DNA of 64,000 nt from Heteronotia binoei (Eukaryota), in assembly GCF_032191835.1 (NCBI RefSeq), contig NC_083232.1, positions 45,632,001 to 45,696,000 on the forward strand, written 5' to 3'. The translations under genes were made by a program, and so were the position numbers. Within the stretch, counting starts at the first letter, position 1. Every line of letters starts with the position of its first letter. The notes under the pieces were generated by a model. That model was not told the origin of the DNA. It saw nothing but the letters and a program-made list of their open reading frames with translations, and searched no databases. Shown piece by piece: positions 49,938-62,332 of this stretch.

Positions 49938-51085
49938 ACATGCAGGGAGAGAGTTAAATAGAAGGCTTTGTACTAAGATAAGATTTCAGGGGAGAACATA
50001 ATGGGATTTAAGAAATGCTGGGTGTAAAGGTACCACTGTTTTTCAAGATCTGAAGTATTCCACAAATCTTGTTGTTCCTTTCTTATAATAGTACAGTAAG
50101 ATGAGGTCACTCCAGAAGTGTCCTGTAGCTTCATTTCTGTAACTGCTTGTGCCTGAAGCTGCAAGGAGGTATATGTATGGCAGGACCTGAGGCCTGTTAA
50201 GACTGGTAGATCTCAGTTCTGTTGCAAGTTTCAAGAGGATTTTCAGTGGCGACTGGCACTAGCAGGTCTCCCTCAAAAGTATGAGAGCAGCTGGACGTGA
50301 TGCTTTTTTTCTCCCTTGCCATGATTGGAAAAGTTACTGGAAGTAAATTAAAGGGGAGAGAGATGTCTTTTGGGGACAGGGAAGATCCTGGAACTTGATT
50401 AAGCAAGCTCCTGAGTGACATAGCTCCCCACTCCCACAAGCCCAAGATAATTGCTGGCTTGACCACTGTTCTGTGAAGTCTTAGGGCCAAACGACACATT
50501 CGGGTTTTTAAAGAGTTGAGTTTGCCAGAGCTGCAGGGGAAGAAAGGGCTCCTCTCTTCCCTCCAGCCCATTTTCCAGCATTAAAACAACACCGGGAGAA
50601 GTTTCCCTGTTTTAGCTGCTCTCCAGCTCTGTTTCTGCATTTCCTGCAGCTGCAGGAAACACAACTCTCTGTAAAAAAAAACTCAAACATGAAGTTAGGC
50701 CCTTAAAAATAAACTCTTTGAGGGATATTGGTTTAGATCTCTTAGAGACATACTTTGTGTGGACAGGACTTGGGATGAAAACAGACAAACTAAATATGCA
50801 TTTTGTATAATTCACTTTTTATATTATGAAAAAATTAGAACTCTTGGTGAGAAAACTTTGCGATTTTATGTTAGGGTTCCTGAAGAACTCTTTTGTATAC
50901 ATTTGACCCTTGGGACTGCATAATTTTTAATTAACTCTAAAATGTCATCTCTTGCCACTCTCATAGTTTTTCAGATGCTTTTCCAGAAAAACAGTTTTCC
51001 CAATATGTTCCACTGTGAAGACTGATCAAAGGCAGCTGGATTCAAGTCCAGTGGCACTTTAGAGGCCAACAAGAGTTTGGGGGTG

Positions 51086-51400
51086 TAGGGTTGCCAGCTC
51101 CCAGGTAGAAGTGGGGGAATCCCTTGGTTTTGTGGGCTCTTGCCCGCCATAGACAGCTGGCTGGCAGGGGAAGGCCTGCCACAACAGCCACAACCCGGCA
51201 CACCACCCCCAGTGTGATGGCATCATCATGCCGGGGACATCACATGGCAACACTCTGGTATTTTGGGCAAAACTCTGGTAACCATAGAGTTTTGCCCTAA
51301 ATACTAAAGTATTGCCGTGCGATGTCACACACACACACATCCCTCCAGGAATGGTCCCTTCCACCCCCTACTAGTGAGAGCATAGGACTGGGCAACCATA
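51086..51400. mobile_element. hAT (Blackjack-like) MITE, second subfamily
   Basis: TAGGGTTGCCAG ... GGGCAACCATA termini. Flanks TGGGGGTG / TTGGGGTA (6/8). Confidence 0.75.
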
Positions 51401-52202
51401 TTGGGGTATGAGCTATCAAAAGGAAGGCTCCAAAGAGTCAAAAGCATGCATTCATCTTGTTTGTCCTCCCTCCACCCTGGGGATTCTAAACAACAGTTTA
51501 ATCTTTGTTTAGAGGCATAGTCTGTGGGAAGCAAATTCACCTACATGCCCTCATTTGATCAGTATGTTGTTTCTTTCAAAGCTTCTGAAAACTGGAAGCC
51601 TTACTTGTGCTTATGATGAAAGGCAAGAAGGGAAGGAGACAAGAGAACAAAACATGTAACCATGACATCAAGCTGCATTTGTGCCTGTTGCAGTAAATCT
51701 TACATTTAATTTGCAGTGTGTTGTGAGATCTGAATGCAGCCATAATCCCTATGTCATAGTTTTGATTGTTGTTACCAAACAGGATGGGATCTGCCTTTTC
51801 AGCACAGTTCTGTGACTTTTCAGTAATATTTGTATGGCAATACCTTGTGAAAGAAGTGTGCCTTTCCACAGATGTGACCACAGGGATGTATGATCTGAAC
51901 TTTATGCTGGTCAGGGGTCTGCATTCATCTCAGTGGTCATCTTTGGTATAACTTGTCCCCATCTTAGCATCCATCCCATGCATCCTTTTTTCTCCTTCCC
52001 ACTGAGTGTGTTCTCTCACCTGGTCTGTTCTCTAAGTGGCTTCTTTTCTAAGAATGTATAGGGTTTTGCCTGTATCTATTATGGGGGAAGGAAAGTACCT
52101 TCTTTCACATGCTTGCTTGTTTATTTTATTTATTTAAAACATCTGTATGCATGCCACCTTTCTGTCCAAATAGGGCCCCCAAGGTTGTCGTTCTATTGTT
52201 AT

Positions 52203-52502
52203 TGTTAGCCCTGGTAGGTGAGTCAGTATAGCAAGCAACAGACCAACGACATTCTGTGCTTAACAATATACAATTTATTTACATAATTTATATCCACCAC
52301 CAAAGTGCTTCGCCAAGCAAACCACCTAGAGTAGAAGGATACATTGCACAGTACAGCATTGCTTATATACAATTTACGTAGCATATGCACCAATGGGTTA
52401 CAAGTGCTGAGTCATTGTGCATTAAACACTCAACCTTTGCACTCGTTACCAAATGTCAGTCAGAACTGGTTTCACCTTGTTGAGACTTGATAAGTACTGA
52501 CA
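52203..52502 (-). mobile_element. Candidate short solo LTR, 300 bp
   Basis: On the - strand reads TGTCAG...TATATAA...AATAAA...CTAACA. TSD not exact. Confidence 0.38.
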
Positions 52503-52759
52503 ATTAAAAAGGCACTATGAACCTGATTTTGAAAACAGGACACACAAATGGAACAAACAATTAAAAGCAAGCAAGAAGAAGGGTCAGTAATGGTATGGCA
52601 CATGAAACAGAAAAATCTTAGGTCATTGGTGGAGACAATGATTGTCGAGGATAAGTGAATCTTCCTGGGAAGAGAATTATAATGTTGGCAGCGTGAGCAA
52701 GGAGGCCCTTTTTTTGGGTTACCATCTGTCTAGCCTTATTCTTTGATAGGACTGATATT

Positions 52760-53105
52760 TTATTTGTTTGTTTGTTTAAAACATTTTTATTCTGCTTTCC
52801 CATCCAATCAGGGTCCGCAAGGAAGCAAACATTAAAACATTTGAACAATGAAAAACATTTAAAAATATAAAATGTCAATAAACAACATCAGAACCAGGAA
52901 GGAGGTCCAGTAACCATTACCATGAATGTGGCAAATGAAAAAGTCTTCACCCACTTGTGGAAGGCACTAATAGAGACAGCTAAATCTCCCTGGGCAGGGA
53001 GTTTCAATGTTTTGGTACCACTACTGAGAAAGCTTTTTCTTGGGCCACTACCCATCTAGCTGATGGCGGGGGCAACCATTGCAGGGCTTCTGAAGGTGAC
53101 TAGAA
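52760..53105 (-). mobile_element. Older L2-like 3' fragment
   Basis: Reverse (TTTG)n tail followed by L2-like 3' ORF2/UTR text (GGGCAGGGAGTTTCAA...CACTACTGAGAAAGC). Confidence 0.55.
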
Positions 53106-54473
53106 GCATTCCCTTAAAGGAATTAAACAGTGCGAGAAAATTGGAAGTTCAAGGATTTGCCCTAAGATTACATGACCTTGGTTCTAGAACAAGGTTGAGA
53201 GATGGCTGTACAAGGCATTTTCATTGTTCTTCATGGTAAAGTTGTTTTCAACCATGCTTCATTCTGGTCTCTTTTTTTTAATCAGCAAACCTTGACATAG
53301 ACTAAGACTCCATCTTAGACTTGGAGCTTGATTGACCTCAACCAGCATTATGTGAAGATCCTGTGCCCCACCGCATGATTCCACCTACGACAGCAGAGCT
53401 TTTAATGTTAGTAGTCATCTTTCAAATGCCTCATATCTTTCTTCTCACCATGTCCTTCACATATGATCTTGACCTTCTCTAAAAGATTCATTTTCCACAG
53501 TGAATTCATCATTAAAAACAGGGGTTTGGTCATTGTGAAACAGTGTAATACATATAAATATATACAGCAATGCTTAAAAAGTTGAATGTCAAATTTTAAC
53601 TTTTTATTAATGTCAAAAAGTGAAGGATTCTGAAAACTAGCACCAATAGCTTTGTATTCATGTTTTGTTTGTATGTTAACAAAATAAAAGTGTTACCTAA
53701 ATAAGGCCTTTCTAGATAATAATTTGCAGAAGGATACTATAGGTCGTATGAGATGGGTACAGATGATGCAAATATCTTTCCTTCCGCTTGCGTATTTGAT
53801 ACATGAAAATTCCATTTTCTATGCACTCAGATGCAAATAAATGATAGGCAAAAGCTGTCTCCCTAAGGCAGTACTGAATATTCAATATTCACTTTGAAAG
53901 TAGGGATACTTGAACATCTCTTTGCTTGGAATAGGCAACAGTTCAAAAAAAAAGTTTGAGTCCCAGACATTTGAATGTGTTGATAATATGATCAAATACA
54001 TTTACATGAGCATGTTCTTCCAATGTCTCCTGCCCCCATCTACCCATGGCTCAACCTGGAACAGAAAGATGCTTCCTTTTTCTCTTTTGATTCTGCAAAA
54101 AGGTGAGGGAATCATCTGTATGGCTTGTTTGTCTAATATTCCGTGCTTGTTTTGGCAGCCCAGTTGAGTGTGTTTGAGACAGAGTGCATCACAAAATAGT
54201 GATGTGTTCTCATGCTGTGCCCTGGGAGCTATTGGTTGTATCCTGCAAGTTCTGAGGATATGCCAACTCAGAAATAGCAGTGACTGATGAATGGTGCCAA
54301 ATCAATAAACACAAAACTTACCCATCTGTTTCATTTTTATTCTGCTAGTCTACTAAGATGCTCAGGGCATCCTATGTGATTCTTCTGTCCTCAGGATGAG
54401 AAAATGAGAGAGACTGAGTCAAAATCCTTTAGTGAGCTTCTTCAAAAGAGGCATTTGTACCCAAGTACAAACC

Positions 54474-55012
54474 GAGAGCCAGTTTGGTGTAGTGGTTAAG
54501 TGCGCAGACTCTTATCTGGGAGAATCGGGTTTGATTCCCCACTCCGCCACATGCACCTGCTGGAATGGCCTTGGGTTTGCCATAGTTCTGGTTGTCCTTG
54601 AAAGGGCAGCTGCTGTGAGAGCCCTCTCAGCCCCACCCACCTCGCAGGGTGTCTGTTGTGGGGGAGGAAGATAAAGGAGATTGTAAGCCACTCTGAGACC
54701 GTTTTCGCACACAGCATACCATGCGGTCACGTTCCTGTTCTCTCCGCAGTGTCTGTCGGATTTCCCATTATCTGCACCGGAGTTACAGGAAATGTGGCTT
54801 TTTGCAGCAAATGTAAACTGGGTTTTAGCGGTTTACATTTGCTACGCAAAAGCCGTGGCACTTCCTGTAACTTCAGGGCAGATAATGGGAAATCCGACGG
54901 ACGCTGCGGAGAGAACAGGAACGTGACCCTGTGGTAAGCTGTGTGCGAAAACAGTCTGAGTCTCTGATTCAGAGAGAAGGGCAGGGTATAAATGTGCAGT
55001 CTTCTTCTTCTT
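54474..55012 (+). mobile_element. tRNA/CORE SINE (Squam3-like), interrupted by a MITE
   Basis: GAGAGCCAGTTTGGTGTAGTGGTTAAG A box, GGTTTGATTCCCC B box, CCTCGCAGGGTGTCTGTTGTG core, (CTT)n tail. Confidence 0.85.
54697..54956. mobile_element. Fold-back MITE, 260 bp, Harbinger-like, nested in a SINE
   Basis: Whole-length imperfect palindrome with termini GACCGTTTTCGCACAC / GTGTGCGAAAACAGTC. 3-bp TSD TGA (54694-54696, 54957-54959). Splits the host SINE at CTCTGA|GTCTC. Confidence 0.88.
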
Positions 55013-58000
55013 CAAGTCTCCCTGGTCTTGGCTGAGCATTGCAACAACTATATCACAGTGGCCAAAACAGTAGCTAAACTTATTTAAATATGTTACCAGT
55101 GTTGAATGCAGAGGCAAAATGCTGCTCATTCTTAATTGTAAGCAAATAATTGAGGCAATCAGTGTAAACACTATCTTTCATACAAGGTAAGTGAAATTTT
55201 CAATGTTTTTCTTTTCCCCCAACCTTTCACTATATGAAATACAGTGGAGTGGACATTTGTGTTGGTTCACCACTCTGGGAAGCTCTCTTGTTTGGCTGCT
55301 GCTTCTTCTTACCACCTGTTTCCGAAGCCCTTTTCTTTTCAGCCCTTATCTTCATTTGTCCTTGCAGCTATTTGATGACCCTCGAATGCTTCATTTATAC
55401 GCATGCATTGTGTCAAATGTGGGCCCACAAAATTGAACAATAGCATGAGCAATTGAGATGATGGTCTAGGAAGGGGGGAGGAGAGAAGAACACCATATGA
55501 ACTGCATAAAGTTACTTGCTGAAAAAGTTGAAAAAGAGATCCAATTTCTCATGCACAGAAAAGGAAGAAGAGGTAAGTCATTCTGGTTCACACCTAATCC
55601 AGCCACACTGGTTCACACCTAATCCAGCCACACTGTTTGTGTTTTGGTGGCATGAGTGTCACTGGCACTCATTTGACGATGCCTGAGGGCCATTGCATCG
55701 AGTCCCTTGTTTGCCACTGATCGTGTCCTCCAAAGAGAACCAAAGTTCATATCAATTCTTTGATGTATGGACCTGAATGATAGAAATTTCTTTTGAACAT
55801 TTGTTTGTCACTTCAATACTTTATATTTTAGAGATGCATCTAAAGAATATAGGTGTGAAACATCTCTGAGATATCACTACAGATGAGCAACACAATTCCT
55901 TCTCCCTCCAGTTCCTTGCAGGCTATTTTTATATTCCTTTTGCAGATGGATAATTTAGATTGGAAGGGAAATGCTTTTCTCACTGTCACATAAAGTGCAA
56001 AGACCATTCATGCAAACAAAGAACATTGCAAACCGAGTAAAGAGCCTCAAACTGGATAGAAGATCAGCTGGTAGAGAGAAAAAAACCCATTTAGCAGTCA
56101 GAGCTTCCTCTGTTTTTTGTGATTCCCCCCCCCCCCCCCCCCGTTTCTGTTTCTCTGCATTAATAGCTGCTTTGGGTTTCTACTGGGGAGGAAAGTACCC
56201 TACATACCTCCTGTTAGCAATTCCCTGGTGTTTTAGGCATTCTTAAGGAAACTTTTTCAAGTTATTGTTCATACTATTTGCAGTATTTACACTCATGGCA
56301 CAAGAATTGCTGAGGTGCATAGTCTATGGTAGTTCAACATTAGACAACAACAAAAGTAGAAAATAAAAATTCTTCATTTTCAAATAATCCAACGACCCAG
56401 TGGTCTTCATCAACATAAAACATTACTAACACCCTCTAATTCCACCTCGGTCTTGAAGCTACCGCAGCAAAAAAATTTGTCACATAAACCAACATAATGC
56501 CAAAATCATACTAGCCAGTAAAAAAGTCAGGGAAGTAGAAGAAGAAGCAATCATTGGCTGAATCCCGAAGTCTCTCAAAAGGGCCATCAATATGTAAGCA
56601 AAGAAATATATGAGCCAATGTTTCAATTACACCAGATTCACAAGGATGCAACCTATCTGAATAAACCACTCATTGGAATCTACCCAGCAGAACTGTGGAG
56701 GAGAAAGCATTTAACCTAACCAAATGAGAAGTGCTCCAATATTTAGGGACAATCAATTGTTTAAAATACAGTAGAAGTATAGAAGGAGGCACAATTTTAA
56801 AAAACCAATATATTGCACTCTATGAGCTCTAGCAGAAGCTGACTGACAATCTAAGGCCTCCAGTGCTCTACCAAGAGATAGCCTTGCAGCCTTAGGGCCA
56901 ACAGATAACAGAAACGCAGGAGACAGCCCCAAAATATGGAGTTCAGGATTGAGTCTCCATTGTGAAACAACAATCTTCTGGGGTGCTTTGTTCCTGCAGC
57001 AATTCAAGATTTTAGGGCAAAAGTGTTGTCACAGCTTTTGTGCTGGATCAACAGAGTTGATAGGTCTATTGAATACTAAAAATCAGCTCAGCCTACCAAT
57101 ATGGAGCCAAAAAAGGAAAATTTTGTTAGGGCCATAAAAATGAGCAAATATAAGGTAATAATAGCAGTATGCTTTCCCCCAACTTGTTCATAGAAAGTAA
57201 AATAGCAATAGAATGTATCATAAGAAATATGTGGAGAGCAATGTTGCCCCAATTTTTAAATAATTAACAGAACTACTCTCCTGGCAGCAATACTTTTTTA
57301 AAAAAAACAAACAAACCCCAAGGTAATGAATATTAGATGTGTAGAGAGAGAGTCTCCAAAGCTGAGACTGCAAAATAGCCTGACAATTGTTTTAAGGGTA
57401 TTTGTACCTGGTAGATATGGGGCTCAGCTTGTGGTACATTTAAAAGAACTTGCCAAAACAACTAAAAACACACACAAAAAAACCCCATGTAAAATATAGC
57501 TTTTCTGTGATCTAAATAGTGACCAATGTTGTAGAACACCTGAAAAAGTAAAGGGATAAATGAAATCTGAAAGAGTTGTAAAGTATTCTGTGGATTATAG
57601 CCTAAGTACGACCTTTCCCTTGGAGTGCTGTTCTACTTAGTGGACAATGTTCAGCTAGTAACTGTTCAGAATGGGTTCAACTCAGAATATGCTCTCCTAG
57701 AAATGAGCTACAGTGATCTTGAGATGGATTACACCTGAACTAATTTGAAACTCAAGCCTGTTCTGAATTTTAGGCGACACTCCAGTGACTCCTCACTCCC
57801 TCATGAGCCTTTACAGAGGGCTGGAGGCTTTCCCAGCCCCTTTCACTAGCCCCCTTCCCTTTCTACTCCCCACACTTATCAGGTAGCAGCTGTCAGAAGT
57901 TACTGCAGTTGTTGTTAACAGGCTTGTAATGCACCAACAGCATTTTTACTAAGGAACCAGATGTCCTCCTAGGGAACACTTTCCAGTGGATTAAGCATCT

Positions 58001-59125
58001 ACAAGCATGTTGTTGCTATCTAATGATGGCTAGAACAACAGTTCATCTAACCATCAGCATTGCCAAGTTGGTTGGGAAACTGAATGGGTCCATTGTGATG
58101 GCAACTCAGACTTTTGCTGGTGCTGATGCTGACCTAACTATCAGCTCACAATTACTCCAAAAGTTCCAAACGGGGAGAGTTCATACACCAAACTCTCTAA
58201 TATTGGACTTCCACTGCCTAACTATACCAAGCTAGAAAGTCCAGTGGCCATATTGAAAATAAATCCTCTTAATAACTGAGCAGAGGGATGAAATTTACTT
58301 AACACACCATCTTGTTTGAATAAGGAAATGCAAAAGAGCTTATCAGAATAGACAAAGGTGTGGGAATGGCTGGAAAATGGTACTGATATAATCTTTCACA
58401 TATTAAAGGAGGAAGTGAATTCCCGTAGTATGCCTGAGCATATCTCAAGGGAGAGCTATACAAAAGGAGCACCCATCTTCAGCATAGGGACGTTTGAGAA
58501 CTTCACCAATAAGTCATTCTACAGTATTCTGCAGACTTACAAACATTTTGGGCTCTCTGTAACATTTATCTGACTGGTTGCTCATCAACCACAAAGTGTT
58601 ACCAAGTGAGGAAGGCTAGTTATCTCACAATATCTTGTCACCAACTTCTTGTTGAATCAAAATACCATTTTTAATGGATGTGTAGAAATGCAGTTACTTG
58701 CAGCAAATAATGGCTTAACGAAAAGGATATAGAAATGGAGCCACAGATGGGTAGTGAATATGTTTTTGTCAAAATTCTGCTGGGTGGAAAGACCAATATA
58801 GAAAAAAGGGGACTCCCTGAGTCTAAGCTAAACGATATACTATCAAAACATTTATATGTAATAAGAAAAACCTTTTGGCCTCTACTTCTGAGTAGACTCT
58901 ACTTCTAAATAATTGAAGATGAACAATATAAATGTGCACAAAGGCACTTTAAACAAAGCTGCTACCTTTTACCAAGACCAAGACAGACTGCACTTTAGGA
59001 ACCTTCATACAGCCACATAAGGTTCTTCTCTCGCCACCAAAATGCAAATATTCCTTCCTCTTGTGATGAATCACTGCTTAAGTGTGTTGTTGTCCCAGGG
59101 CTTGTTGCTATTGAATACCTGACAC

Positions 59126-59255
59126 AAGGCCTTTTGTAATTTTTATTTTTTAGAAAAAGCTCAGCAGGAACTCATTTGCATATTTAGGCCACACACCCTG
59201 ATACCAAGCCAGCCAGAACAGCGTTCCTGTGAATTCCTGCTCAAAAAAAGCCCTA
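59126..59255. mobile_element. Small hAT MITE of the same family as 61546-61726
   Basis: AGCAGGAACTCATTTGCATATTTAGGCCACAC core and AAAAAAAGCCCTA end. Flanks CCTGACAC / CCTGGCAC (7/8). Confidence 0.78.
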
Positions 59256-60239
59256 CCTGGCACTAAATCCTGGGATCTAGAAAGATGTTGGGGGCTGCTT
59301 TCAGTGGGGTGAATTAAGTGGGGTGCACAAGTGGGGTGCACAAATTAAGCGCCAATGCAACATGGAAGCCCCAATGCAACATGGGAGCCTCATTTTTTTA
59401 TTGCAAGGTCCACTATTTAATTCAGATCTGTGAGGAGCATGCGGTGCTTATTTGGAGATGGTATGCACTCTGCCGATGCAGAGGGTCTTCTTGATTGCTA
59501 TATCTCTTATTATAAAACAGCTGTGGCTTTTAAATGAGGTTCTGGTACTGAATTAGGATTCAGATTAACCCCTGCGAAAAAACCAGGGCAAGCTGTGCCT
59601 TTGCAATCCAAGCAAAGCCACCTCTTCCATGCAACCCAGTCCCTCAAACCAATGAAACCAAAGCAGTCTTACAGCCTTAGATCTTCAGTAGATTTATGCC
59701 AGCAGCTTCTTTCTTTGTAGTCCCAGCAGAAAATGCACTCATTAGTTAATTAACAGAGCTGTCCCTAGAATGCTTTTAATCAGTATCTTCTTCAGTAGCT
59801 AAAAGTTCAACTGGTAGGATTGGAAAGTAGAAATTTAGGTTATAGTCATTATGCTGGAGTTTCATGCAACTGACACCAACAGCAATTTTGACTCTTTCCC
59901 AATTACAAAACTGATTGCCTCTGTACTTCATTACTCATATTTTGTATTAATTAACTACTATATAGTAGTTTCCACTGGCATGCTGTTACAGCATTGTGGG
60001 ATGACAGTAAACATCAACAATTCTCAGTGGCTGTCTCCAGCTTTACAAGCTGTTTTGATTTCTAAATATGCAACAGTTCAGTATTCCGAATATAAGGAAA
60101 AACTTAGCACCAGTTGAAAGATAGGTAACAGGAAAAAAACTGGATATAGTCGTTCCAAGAGCTGTGAGGATGGGAATCCAAAATACATTAATGATACAAG
60201 GACGGATCTAAGGGTACTTGCCTGCTATGAAGAAATCTT

Positions 60240-60507
60240 CCAATTTGGTGTAGTGTTTAACTGTGTGGACTCTTGTCTAGGAGAGCCAGGTTTGATTCCC
60301 CACTCCTCTACACGTACCAGCCAGAATGACCTTGGGTCAGTCATAACTTTCTCAGAACTGTTCTGCTCAAGAGCAGTTTTGTAGACCTCTCTCAGCCCCA
60401 CCTACCTCACAGGGTGTCTGTTGTGGGGAGAGGAAGGAAAAGGAGATTGTAGCTGCTCTGACACTCTAAGTGAAGGTTAGAATATAAATCCAGTCTCCTC
60501 CTCCTCT
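60240..60507 (+). mobile_element. tRNA/CORE SINE (Squam3-like)
   Basis: Same motifs, (CTC)n tail. Confidence 0.82.
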
Positions 60508-60662
60508 TTCAAAGAGTATTTCATTCATAAATGGTCAGCTCCATGAATGGAATATTCTGTAACTGGAAGATTCTTCCATATGCATAAAGACACCTTTGGA
60601 TTTAATCCAGTGATACTAAAAGGCTTTCCACCTTATTAGTGTTTTCATAAATAAATATACAT

Positions 60663-60867
60663 ATAGATTCCAGTCCAGTAGCACCTTAGAGATCAACAAT
60701 TTTGGAGATATAAGTTTTTGATAGTCAAAGCTCTCTTCATCAGATTTCTGACAAACGGAGCTTGACACTCAAAAGTCTATCCCCTGAAAATCTTGTAGGT
60801 CCTTAAGGAGCTACTGGGCTTAAATCTAGCTGTTCTACTTACAGGCTAACATGGCCACCCTCTGAAA
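60663..60867. mobile_element. Penelope-like element terminal remnant in inverted arrangement
   Basis: CCAGTAGCACCTTAGAGA...AGTCAAAGCTC mirrored by GAGCTTGAC...TAAGGAGCTACTGG, ending GGCTAACATGGCCACCCTCTGAA as in reptile Penelope ends (recalled pattern). Confidence 0.6.
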
Positions 60868-61489
60868 CCAGCTTCATGAAATGTACAATTGTGACTCATG
60901 TATTGTGGGCAACCTGTGTCATCCTTCAGGACTACATTGCTGTTGTGCAGGGTATTGTGTAATATTTTGCATTCTGGAAAAAATGTGATACTTTCCCAGA
61001 CAGCAGATATTCCCTTTGTGATCACCATGTGGAATGAACAACACAGTTTAGTAGCTCTTGGCTGTTACGTAACTGAACAAGATGGCAGACTGATATAAAA
61101 TTGTAATGTTTCATTTAAACCTTCATCAGTCACTTCAGGTGGCTTCCAGTCTTAAAGGAGGTCATAGTTTAATGCAAGGTACTACGTTGTTCTGGCAGCA
61201 GTAGCAAATAATGACATGTGGAATGTGATCTTGGGACTGTGAAAGCAATCTACTGGACTGTTTCTGTAATGCAATTAGTTATGAGAGATGTAGATGAAAT
61301 TACTGATGTAGATGAAATTTTTTTGAAAGTTATATTTACTTAATTGGGAGAGGGAGCAAAAGGCCAGCTTTGCGCATGCACACACACACACTGTGCAACA
61401 GGACAGCATAAATGACTGGACAGCAGGGCGGCATAAATGAGTGGAAAGGTCCAAAGAAGCACCAACTAATACAAATATTTACTTTCTAC

Positions 61490-61850
61490 TTACTCCATTT
61501 ATAGTCCACCTTTCCTCCATTTTATCTTCATAACAACCCTGTGAGCAGGGGGGGGTTTGTAGCAGAAACTCCTTTGCATATTAGGCCACACACCCCTGAT
61601 GTAGTTAATCCTCCAAGAGCTTACAGTAGGTCCTGTAATAAGAGCCCTATAAGCCCTTGGAGAATTGGCTACATAACAGGGGTGTGACCTAATATGAAAA
61701 AGAGTTCCTGCTACAAAAAAGCCCTGCCTGTGAGGTAGCTGAGGCTGTGAGCATGTGACTGGCCCCAGATCACTCACTCAGCAAGCTTCAATGGAAAAAC
61801 AGGGATTCAAACCTGGGTCTCCCCAATCATAGTCCAGTACCTCTACACCC
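61490..61850 (-). mobile_element. MIR-like CORE SINE, interrupted by a hAT MITE
   Basis: ACAACCCTGTGAG|GTAG core reverse complement and GGGATTCAAACCTGGGTCTCC B-box region. Confidence 0.75.
61546..61726. mobile_element. Small hAT MITE with exact 8-bp TSD, inserted in a MIR-like SINE
   Basis: CAGGG...AAAAAAGCCCTG termini with internal fold-back (TTGCATATTAGGCCACAC / GTGTGACCTAATATG). CCTGTGAG duplicated at 61538-61545 and 61727-61734. Confidence 0.9.
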
Positions 61851-62332
61851 TGGTGAAATTGGTAAGTCTGAAGAAAATATATTGGAAAGAATTTATATTC
61901 AATAGGGAGAGCTGGGCCCCTTGATTAGGGCTGCCATGGAGGCCTTTCCTACCAGGCAGAAGGTGGCCAGAGGGCAGCTGTGCTGGAATATCACAGGATC
62001 AGAATCAATTGTATTTCTTGTAGGTTATTTCTTGTAGGTTATTGTAGGTTATTTCTATGTTAACAGTTCCTCCAATATTTCTTAGTTATTGCTCTGATTG
62101 CTCAAACTTTCAGTTACTTGAGGCAATGAAATAAACACAGAAGGGAAAATTGCAATATGACTGTTGTTACCTGACACAATATGGAGAACTTTGGCATCAT
62201 GTGTTAATAGTGCAAGGTTCTTATTAAACAGCTTTAAGATTGATAGAAGCGATGAAATGAACTTACCCACTCACTGAACTGAAAATGGAGAAACAACCAA
62301 GTGTGGGCTACTATGCTTTAGGTTATGACTAT

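Noticed and set aside
54474-54545. tRNA genes at SINE heads
   Set aside because: A and B boxes are present but there is no complete cloverleaf, and the heads continue into CORE-SINE bodies.
56380-56700. Possible decayed LINE C-terminus on the minus strand
   Set aside because: Only a vague resemblance with multiple stops, so I could not assign it confidently.
58023-58573. Two adjacent 70-aa ORFs as a possible pseudogene
   Set aside because: No recognisable protein family, splice signals or poly(A)/TSD. A BLASTX would be needed to revive the idea.
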